Source: a virus (taxonomy: Duplodnaviria; Caudoviricetes). Taken from it: DNA of 35,717 nucleotides. The position numbers and the translations under genes are program-made. The DNA lies in IMG/VR virus record IMGVR_UViG_3300012942_000089, positions 1-35,717 of that record. The stretch is one strand, 5' to 3'. The notes under the pieces were generated by a model. That model saw only the letters and a program-made list of their open reading frames with translations. It was not told the origin of the DNA and did not search any database. Of the stretch, positions 28,001 to 34,453 are shown piece after piece (within the stretch, counting starts at the first letter, position 1; each line of letters opens with the position of its first letter).

Positions 28001-29080
28001 GCGCAAACAATCATTGCGCCAAAGCAAAGACACCGCGTGTTTATCCGCCAGGAACGGCAGGAATGGTTTTTAGGCTATGACACGGGAAGCGCCACGATTC
28101 CTAAAATCCGGGAGGTGGAAGCGGGAAAGTACTTTATCTTTTCACAAACCCCGGACAAGGCGTTTGTATTCCAAAATGATGCGTTAACTTTGGACGTGGA
28201 CTTTGAAACGACCGAAGACGCCAGCGACGTGACCGACGCGGCGATGGTGGGGAAAAAAACCTACTTCCTCAATGATGGAATGCTGATAGTTTATGTTTCC
28301 GGCAATCGCACGTTGGAATTTACGATCCGGCGCGAGGAACGTACAGCGCAATTCATTGAGGGCGTGGGGAATTCGCTTTACGCAATCCTGGTGGATGAAG
28401 ATTTGGAAACAGCCCAGACACTTTGCGTCTCACTGACCGGCGATGCGGCGATGGATCAATGGACACTGGATGACGTGGCCACGCTCGTTTGGTGCAGCGG
28501 CAATACTTCCACGAACTTGTTTATCGCGTGCGGCAAAAAACTGTATTTGAGCGTTGGCGGAGCGACGCCGGTATTGGTGGGAACATTCGATAGCAATATC
28601 ACTGCGATTTGCGAATCGGCCGTTGGGCTGGCTGACGGCAGCGTAAAAGTACTTTTGAACGCACAATTGGGGACATGGGCGAACGCGGTAGAAAGCGGCG
28701 CGCGGTCGATTTCCGCATTGGCGAATTGGTATGGCTCGTTGGAGTTCATCAACCTGATGTGGGGCAACGCCGACGAGGCAACATTATACGGGCAGGGTAA
28801 TGATCATGCTTATGATGTGCATCGCGTATTACCTGCAATCGGTGATGTGACGCCGACCGGCATTACCGCATTAGGACGCTATTTTGTGCCTACGGAAGGA
28901 TCACAACCCAATCCCAATAACGGCTATCAGGCGGGCGATGAGCGTATTCTTGTCGGGACCGCTGGGGGGTTGTTGCTCACACTGATGGTGGCGCGCAAAA
29001 CTAACGCCAGCGCGTGGGCATTCACCACCATCGACAGCATTAACTGCGCGGAAATTCCCGGCGCGGTTCCGGCCACATAA
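25064..29080 (+). CDS. Large multidomain adhesin/tail protein: N-terminal TM, PKD, Cys-rich, FN3/Ig-like and probable beta-propeller domains
   Basis: IDWGDG..HNY..PGEYTISVT (PKD); CPDGYH..GNC/CATGYHW...AC; PDAP..FVD......YKYRARA..SDWS (FN3); hydrophobic LAALLVLTIIAIGGWAYV. Confidence 0.8.
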   Translation: MQRQHPLAALLVLTIIAIGGWAYVTQPANKPAPAKTQTVPKAPSALLTDMESQDQRDAAKAHQMPSKILAAKIAKQLKKQGGNDMSVKIKPGQSAVVRVAFVANAPMSTIDPDPSDTYIVPSAGYSGSADAGNVNGSTTGGGWQAAWTSINEGAGGSVDVLIKVPENASAGDFTITLNSLNTITEGETPTTKNVDVYQVDFQVTGPLTGSVNVSQVSAAANKACVDLKADTVTDQKVTSAVIDWGDGNSTTVSPTPNDQHYIGSECHNYGAPGEYTISVTYNDDDSNTLTVTTTAKVGCVLASGIFVQCDPSRIVESPPDSGIYLHYYNVSLGALSAPSDSTIFWTWNLPDNATVVDGSSDTGAFGIGSAGANWPKTVFQVPTPSPDCSGDYGGIGLTVGLGAPAGASYSGCSVDLADDSVDHIADVEWLPDAGEITWILPDGSTITEEQYLASQYYYYATSPTDEIPVPTGCLLDSSHLNVDYPSLPAGYDASVDVQQQHNDLSWRDVGTITATGSVTIDAAQPQIFRFVAYKGDTAVYSLAITINEECSEGEGCPDGYHDDGTGNCLNDDDGATACATGYHWSGTACIFNTPESAIPAPDGCVNSVADDGTATLVFQPLTGVPSDITSAVLQHWNGVSYDDVKTLTLIEAATIFIYNLNPATILQFRWKLPTNDAGFQYLSDAFTFTQSCCDSGGGELTPDAPDAPTVVKSCADGTVTVSVVLPDGATSIEIARDDAPDTMIAPLTASGDFVDSSVADFGTYKYRARAKNLFPSDWSDWSDKVTFESSSLTFTWLSPAADYEAHGNVLLKFSVSGTVTDLALYVGGKLITPALTTKGGGIYTLSYDTRRAVQGDATIEIRGTGSDGCPARASLDVTFDNTRSDGILYRKFLTRDVGDGFQTNRLAANVVIGELDDDPTARFWGQIAIADGTVDAQIADDTSATDAQAAFDLMQPFPLNTVKPIPALGGNPGGTILGNAQTIIAPKQRHRVFIRQERQEWFLGYDTGSATIPKIREVEAGKYFIFSQTPDKAFVFQNDALTLDVDFETTEDASDVTDAAMVGKKTYFLNDGMLIVYVSGNRTLEFTIRREERTAQFIEGVGNSLYAILVDEDLETAQTLCVSLTGDAAMDQWTLDDVATLVWCSGNTSTNLFIACGKKLYLSVGGATPVLVGTFDSNITAICESAVGLADGSVKVLLNAQLGTWANAVESGARSISALANWYGSLEFINLMWGNADEATLYGQGNDHAYDVHRVLPAIGDVTPTGITALGRYFVPTEGSQPNPNNGYQAGDERILVGTAGGLLLTLMVARKTNASAWAFTTIDSINCAEIPGAVPAT

Positions 29081-29106
29081 CTAACAGTTATACTTAAGAG
29101 GTATCT

Positions 29107-30294
29107 ATGAGGACATATTATAGGCAAAATGATCAATTTCCCACAATCAGCGTTTTAGTTTCAGCTGATGATTTCGTCGCCGGGCAAACGTGGCGCGGCG
29201 TATTGCCATTACTGGGCATGACGTTCGACAACCGCACGACGCAAAACGCGTATATTTCTGCTGTGATCGCAGCGGCATTTGGCGGCGAGGATTTGCCGAA
29301 CGGCGTTACTTGTCGTTTATTAGCCGATACAGCAGCGGCAGATTATGCAGAAGGTTTTGATCCACGCCAAACGCCATTGGGAGCTGTTTCATTTGAGCTG
29401 GCATTTGATAATGATTTCGCGGGAATGACGGATGTGCCGTTGATTTTTATGGTGGCGGGATTAGCCACGGACGCGCCCGCGGATGCTGATATTACATTAC
29501 CAACAATCACGACGAACACCACGGCAATCACACTGAAAGATTACCAGGGCGGCGATTTGCCGCATGGGTTCTATTCAGAAGTTGTTCCCGAACTGAGCGA
29601 CGGTAAAAGCGCTTACCAGATCGCCGTGGATAATGGCTTTGAGGGTGATGAAACCGCGTGGCTGGCTTCTCTAAAAGGAGAAACTGGAGATACTGGACCC
29701 GCCGGGGCAGCAGGCGCGAATGGGACTGATGGCGCGCCTGGAGACGACGGTGTGGGTGTTCCCGTCGGCGGCACAACAGGGCAGGTTTTAGCGAAAATCG
29801 ACGGCACTGATTACAATACGGAATGGGTTGATCCCCCTGCGGGCGGAGGTGGTGATTCAGGACTGGAATTGGGTGAAACATCCAGCACAGCTTATCGCGG
29901 GGATCGTGGCAAAACTGCTTACGATCATTCACAGCTTACCAGCGGCAATCCGCATAACGTTACAAAAAGTGACGTTGGGCTTTCAAATGTCACAAATACC
30001 GCGCAATTGACAACAGACCAATTAGATACCGACGATACGCTTTCTGCAGATAGCGATTCAAAAATCCCTTCGCAGAAGGCAGTTAAAGCATACGTGGACG
30101 CGAACGGAGGCGACGGAAGTGGCGTATTCACCGCTATAGCCTCTCAAGCCGAAGCCGAAGCTGGAACCGATAACACCAAAGGCATGACGCCGTTGCGGAC
30201 TGCGCAGGCTATTGCAGCGCTTGGGACAGATGGCAATGGCAGTTCAGTAGCACTCGATGCGCAAACCGCAATTTTTGCACAAGTATTTAATTAA
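29107..30294 (+). CDS. Collagen-repeat tail fibre protein
   Basis: (Gxy)n GETGDTGPAGAAGANGTDGAPGDDG; fibre motifs GKSAYQIAV.NGF.G....WLASLKG, NPHNVTKSDVGLSNV, SQKAVKAYVD, ASQAEAEAGTDNTKGMTPLRT. Confidence 0.88.
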   Translation: MRTYYRQNDQFPTISVLVSADDFVAGQTWRGVLPLLGMTFDNRTTQNAYISAVIAAAFGGEDLPNGVTCRLLADTAAADYAEGFDPRQTPLGAVSFELAFDNDFAGMTDVPLIFMVAGLATDAPADADITLPTITTNTTAITLKDYQGGDLPHGFYSEVVPELSDGKSAYQIAVDNGFEGDETAWLASLKGETGDTGPAGAAGANGTDGAPGDDGVGVPVGGTTGQVLAKIDGTDYNTEWVDPPAGGGGDSGLELGETSSTAYRGDRGKTAYDHSQLTSGNPHNVTKSDVGLSNVTNTAQLTTDQLDTDDTLSADSDSKIPSQKAVKAYVDANGGDGSGVFTAIASQAEAEAGTDNTKGMTPLRTAQAIAALGTDGNGSSVALDAQTAIFAQVFN

Positions 30295-30306
30295 AGAGGT
30301 TTTATT

Positions 30307-30663
30307 ATGGCAGCAGGCGCGATTTCAAAAGTACTTTTATCTGGTGGAACGAATGGGCGTAATGTTAAGATCGCCGCGACAAGTTCACCAGGCACAACAA
30401 TTCACACAGCTGATGCAAGCGCTTACGATGAGGTTTGGTTATGGGCGTGTAACACTAGCAGCTCAGATGTTTTGTTGACAGTTCAGTTAGGCGGAACAAG
30501 TTCGCCTGACGATGACATTGTACTAGTAATTCCCGCGCAAAGCGGTTATTTCTTGGTGGTTCCAGGGCTGCCTTTGACTGGATCAGTAGTGGTCAAAGCA
30601 TTTGCGGCTACGGCAAACGTTATCAATATAAATGGGTATGTAAATCGAATTACAATGAGTTAA
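30307..30663 (+). CDS. Small virion/fibre-associated beta-sandwich protein
   Basis: GAGG RBS; DEVWLWACN motif; follows the fibre gene. Confidence 0.65.
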   Translation: MAAGAISKVLLSGGTNGRNVKIAATSSPGTTIHTADASAYDEVWLWACNTSSSDVLLTVQLGGTSSPDDDIVLVIPAQSGYFLVVPGLPLTGSVVVKAFAATANVININGYVNRITMS

Positions 30664-30666
30664 ATT

Positions 30667-31485
30667 ATGGCAACTACACCGAATATTTCAGCGCCTTTTA
30701 TATGTTCAGCTTCGCGTAACAGGCGTGATTTGATGATCCAACGTTATCAAAAATTACCACTGCCAGCGTATAAACCGGCAGAGGGTGCAGCGATAAACGG
30801 AGCTTCGATCTCAAGCGGATTAGTATTATCTTGCCTCTTCAACGAAGGAACAGGAACATCAATTGCTGATAATACCTCTTCGCCGCTCATTGGAACTCTG
30901 AGCGCCGGTTCGATCTGGGGAACTGATGACACCTATACCAATGTACTGAATTTCGACGGCAGCGCTTATGGGGCTATCCCTCATGACTCTAAGATCAGTA
31001 TCGAAACATACACAATCTCATTAGCGTTTAAAACTACATCAACAACAAATTATGGAGTTTTAGTCGATAAATCATCATCTACTAAATCGACTTACAAAAT
31101 GTTTTTTGGATATCCATCTGCAGGTAATCTTACATTCGATGTTTACGATGGATCGAACGACGCTCTTTACACAGCTGATTCAACGTATAACGACGATGAT
31201 TGGCACAAGTTGATTTTTTCACGCGAGCAAGGCGGCGACATGAATATCTATGTTGATGGAGTGCTGCAAGGTCAAGGTGACGACACGACGACATTGGGCG
31301 CTACGGTGAATACCGAAGACTTAGTAATAGCGAGAGAAGCGGGGACAGGACGGCGATACACCGGATCATTCGCTTATTTGAACATGTGGAACCGCGTCCT
31401 TTCCGGCGCGCCCGGAAGCGTAGGGAGTACGGCCACCGGCGAAATAGCCGCGATCACAGCAGATGAGTTTTTGATGTATCGGTAA
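30667..31485 (+). CDS. LamG/concanavalin A-like lectin domain protein (receptor-binding candidate)
   Basis: FNEGTGT...D, LNFDG, NDDDWH, IYVDGVL, WNRVLS motifs. Confidence 0.85.
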   Translation: MATTPNISAPFICSASRNRRDLMIQRYQKLPLPAYKPAEGAAINGASISSGLVLSCLFNEGTGTSIADNTSSPLIGTLSAGSIWGTDDTYTNVLNFDGSAYGAIPHDSKISIETYTISLAFKTTSTTNYGVLVDKSSSTKSTYKMFFGYPSAGNLTFDVYDGSNDALYTADSTYNDDDWHKLIFSREQGGDMNIYVDGVLQGQGDDTTTLGATVNTEDLVIAREAGTGRRYTGSFAYLNMWNRVLSGAPGSVGSTATGEIAAITADEFLMYR

Positions 31486-31539
31486 AAGTACTTTTGGAGG
31501 GCGCGCCGCATATCTTGGAGGACGTGACGGCGCGCTGAT

Positions 31540-31626
31540 GAAAAAGAAGTTCGCTGTTACGAACGCTTTTATTGTAGCACAGATTTGAGGGGAATAAGAC
31601 CATATTGCCAGCATCGGTAATATGGT
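31540..31626. terminator. Hairpins between convergent operons (probable bidirectional termination)
   Basis: AAAAG-AA-GTTCG..CGAAC-G-CTTTT (about 31541-31570) and ACCATATTGCC..GGTAATATGGT (31599-31626). Confidence 0.5.
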
Positions 31627-31643
31627 TTCATTCTAATTTAGAG

Positions 31644-31871
31644 CTAAGACAGAACGTTTCCTTCATTGTCTTCATCTAAAACTACCATCATATTCTCAAT
31701 CTCCTCTTTTGTGCCAACACTTAACACGGATTGTAATACCCGGGGATAATCATGCCGCTCATAATGAGTTACCAAACCTTCGCCAAAAGTGTCTAACACA
31801 ACATAAATCTCCCCATCGGGTTTGAACCTGAAGCGCGTTCCAAGTGGCAATTCTTTAAATCTTTTAATCAT
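31644..31871 (-). CDS. Hypothetical protein (75 aa)
   Basis: GGAG RBS; ATGA overlap with upstream gene. Confidence 0.7.
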   Translation of the reverse strand: MIKRFKELPLGTRFRFKPDGEIYVVLDTFGEGLVTHYERHDYPRVLQSVLSVGTKEEIENMMVVLDEDNEGNVLS

Positions 31872-32110
31872 GGATTTTCCACATCTCCAAAAGTCAGTCG
31901 CCCTTCCTCAAGCAACAACTGAAAATAATAATCCGATTCTATTTGATAGCTCCATCGTTGCTGACGCTGGCTCCACGTCTTAAACACAATGTATTCATCA
32001 TCAACCACCGCGCGGATATGCACGATGCGGTTATTGATGTTGTTTTCGTTATAAAATATGCGAAGTTTTTTGCCTGGCTGGAGCAGGTCTTTTAGTGAGT
32101 TATCCGCCAT
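31868..32110 (-). CDS. Hypothetical protein (80 aa, MADNSL...)
   Basis: GGAG RBS before ATG 32110; the longer start in the track overlaps the HTH gene. Confidence 0.7.
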   Translation of the reverse strand: MADNSLKDLLQPGKKLRIFYNENNINNRIVHIRAVVDDEYIVFKTWSQRQQRWSYQIESDYYFQLLLEEGRLTFGDVENP

Positions 32111-32130
32111 TTTTCCACATCTCCAAAAGT
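31875..32130. repeat. 20-bp direct repeat TTTTCCACATCTCCAAAAGT at 31875-31894 and 32111-32130
   Basis: Exact match read directly; contains the minus-strand RBS of two consecutive genes. Confidence 0.9.
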
Positions 32131-32285
32131 ACTTTTTGATACGGCTTAATCGGCACCGTCGTGCCTGATTTCCAGCGCCAAACTTGCATTTGGGTGACGC
32201 CAATTTCTTCTGCTAAGGCACGCTGGGATTTGTTTTTTAGGAGGTCGGTTAGGATGGCCGACCAGTCGTTTTCTTGGTTTATCAT
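32100..32285 (-). CDS. Cro/XRE-type HTH protein (Aca-like position)
   Basis: SQRALAEEIGVTQMQVWRWKSG...P HTH motif; TAATG-coupled to the AcrVA2-like gene. Confidence 0.85.
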   Translation of the reverse strand: MINQENDWSAILTDLLKNKSQRALAEEIGVTQMQVWRWKSGTTVPIKPYQKVLLEMWKNGG

Positions 32286-33397
32286 TATTTCACCTTATGT
32301 AATACAGGATCAACAGCATCCCAATTATCAGCATTCACTAATCCAGGTGGTATCCATTTCACGATACGCACAGCCCTTTCAGGATTCTTTCTGATGCCCT
32401 CACCTGTTAAATATGTGTTCCAGTGTGCGCGCCGGATATGCGCGGCTTTTTTGTTGCTACCGCCTGCTCCTTGTCCACCGCCTTCTTTTTGCATCGCCAA
32501 CGCGCCCCGGATTGCAGCGCCGACGCGGTATCCTGTTTCCCACACTACTTCACTGCTGGCGGGAATAAACGTATTATTTCCGCGCTTTTTGAGATACACC
32601 GGCTCTGGATACATTGGCTTATCGCGCTTCCTGTTTTGTAAATCACGGTTGGCACAACACAAATAAGTTACCAATGATACGATGGGCGCTGCCATGCGGT
32701 GGGCTATTTCTTCTAATTTATCTGCTGGCATTTCATCACTTTTAAGATATGATTCCATGATCCCTAATAGTGAAGCGCCCTCTTTTAGATTGATCGGGAC
32801 CGGGGTTAAAAAATCTTCGCCCTTGCTGGTAGCGTCCAGTGTGATGAGAAGACAATGCTGGAATACTTGGTCGCCGTTAGGCGCTATTTGTTCTGGTTGG
32901 AGTTGTGCGAAAAATCCGTGGACATAAAACACGTCGCTGTCATCAGGAAATTCCAGCGGTTCCCCATCCACCGATGTTTCAACGTAAACACACCATTCCG
33001 GCAGATGCTCCAACACCTGCACCGGCAGCACGTCCTCGGCTTTTGTGGAGTTGACGATATAGTCAAATGTTGTAGGGTCGAAACGATAAACGCCCTTTCC
33101 CAGGCTCCAGGCCATGACGGCAAAGGCGTTTATAAAATTTGTGTATTCCTCATTCGTTTTGATTTTACGCCCCGCTAACTGGTCAACCGCCAGCGTTGCC
33201 AGTGGGAACGGCATGAAACACCACAAAGGCCAAAGCACGCCATCGACCATCGTTTTATCATCAAAATCTGGATCATTGGCACGTGCGTCCAACACGGAAT
33301 ACACAGCTTCAAATTCCGCTCGATATTGTTCTTTGATGTAGTAACACCATTGAACCGGGCGAGAGAAGTTTGATTCCAGTTTCATTCGCTTCGACAC
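32285..33397 (-). CDS. acrVA2: AcrVA2/FinQ-family protein (alternative start 33385)
   Basis: Ordered family motifs AW...GVYRFD, LPEWCVYVE, GFFA, YLC, G.RVG..IR, HIRRAHW..Y..G.G, KW.PP..VN, recognised from recall of AcrVA2. Confidence 0.78.
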   Translation of the reverse strand: MSKRMKLESNFSRPVQWCYYIKEQYRAEFEAVYSVLDARANDPDFDDKTMVDGVLWPLWCFMPFPLATLAVDQLAGRKIKTNEEYTNFINAFAVMAWSLGKGVYRFDPTTFDYIVNSTKAEDVLPVQVLEHLPEWCVYVETSVDGEPLEFPDDSDVFYVHGFFAQLQPEQIAPNGDQVFQHCLLITLDATSKGEDFLTPVPINLKEGASLLGIMESYLKSDEMPADKLEEIAHRMAAPIVSLVTYLCCANRDLQNRKRDKPMYPEPVYLKKRGNNTFIPASSEVVWETGYRVGAAIRGALAMQKEGGGQGAGGSNKKAAHIRRAHWNTYLTGEGIRKNPERAVRIVKWIPPGLVNADNWDAVDPVLHKVK

Positions 33398-33846
33398 ACC
33401 ACCCCAAGTTTTTTTAACCCCTCCGCATCAGGCTCAATCCCTTGCCCCTTCTCAGACGCCGCCCAGAACCTCTCCGCCACGTCCAGGACTGCCCATTTCG
33501 CCGCCACGGAAAGAGCTTCAAAGCGTTTAATCAGCTCTTTTCCTTGTTCTACAGATAATCCCTTTTGCGCCGCGGCATTATTCAGATTGGTGTTATCGAC
33601 AATGTTCACACCGATATGCTGGATGTATTCCATGTCTACTAAGACGCCATTGAAGCTATCTAATATCACCTGCCACTCCGCCTCGCTAAAAACGTTTTCC
33701 AGCGCGCGGGTTTCGATTGCCAGAATCCCAAAGGCGCGCTCCGCCTGCGCGCGGATGACCGCACCTAGCGGGACATCTGGATTTGCGCGCGATTCCGCTT
33801 GTTTTTGTAATTCAGTTGCAAGATAAAGAGATGTACGTATTGGCAT
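33382..33846 (-). CDS. Hypothetical protein, possible N-terminal RHH-like regulator
   Basis: AAAGGA RBS before ATG 33846 (MPIRTSLYL...); FSEAEW..I.D..NG and AVLDVAERFW motifs. Confidence 0.7.
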   Translation of the reverse strand: MPIRTSLYLATELQKQAESRANPDVPLGAVIRAQAERAFGILAIETRALENVFSEAEWQVILDSFNGVLVDMEYIQHIGVNIVDNTNLNNAAAQKGLSVEQGKELIKRFEALSVAAKWAVLDVAERFWAASEKGQGIEPDAEGLKKLGVVCRSE

Positions 33847-33905
33847 TACAAAATTCCTTTTCGCGTGGTATTGTATGCGCGCCCCACGGTTGATTGAAAG
33901 TACTT

Positions 33906-34202
33906 TTAGATTTGCTCCAGACTCCAAAAAAAGTCAACTGTATCCTGTGTAATTTCTATCATACAGTTTGTCATCTGATCGATTTTAGATTGGGTTAACT
34001 CCTCTTCTCCAATATCGTTTGATGAACCGTCACCGCTGTTATAAAAGTACTTTCCGTCTTTTTGGGTGACTTCGATCCAACGCCCCTCATCTCCATCATA
34101 ATAAAACGTGACGGCGTCTCCGTTTCCCATGACATCCAAAACGTCCTGGAAGTCCACAATTCCCTTGTTGTCCTCAACCAGCTCTAACTTGAATTCACTC
34201 AT
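33906..34202 (-). CDS. Small acidic protein (98 aa), first gene of leftward operon; Acr-like properties
   Basis: GGAGA RBS before ATG 34202; very Asp/Glu-rich. Confidence 0.75.
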   Translation of the reverse strand: MSEFKLELVEDNKGIVDFQDVLDVMGNGDAVTFYYDGDEGRWIEVTQKDGKYFYNSGDGSSNDIGEEELTQSKIDQMTNCMIEITQDTVDFFWSLEQI

Positions 34203-34300
34203 CTGACTCTCCAAAAAATAAAAATTTGTAAACTTAACTGTGACTCTCCAGAGTCCAGGTCAGCCCTCGTCCGGCTGGCCTGTTTTTGCTTACGTAGATT

Positions 34301-34331
34301 ATTTTACCGCATTGTGTTCATTTGTGAATAC
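34301..34331 (-). promoter_or_regulatory. Candidate promoter and operator of leftward operon
   Basis: Minus strand TTCACA (34328-23), 16 nt, TAAAAT (34306-01); imperfect inverted repeat GTGTTCA-N4-TGAATAC (34314-34331) over the -35; AT-rich upstream. Confidence 0.5.
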
Positions 34332-34453
34332 CTTATTTAATAATTACATTTATTAGTAGAAGTGAAATAATTAACCATCATTTACAACTCAAAATGTCGC
34401 AAAAATGAGCGGCAAGTGGTTTTGTGTCTTGGGTTTGGGGGACAAAAGTACTT

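Noticed and set aside
25064-31485. Diversity-generating retroelement or invertible tail-fibre switch
   Set aside because: No reverse transcriptase, no TR/VR pair and no invertase or inverted cassette seen.
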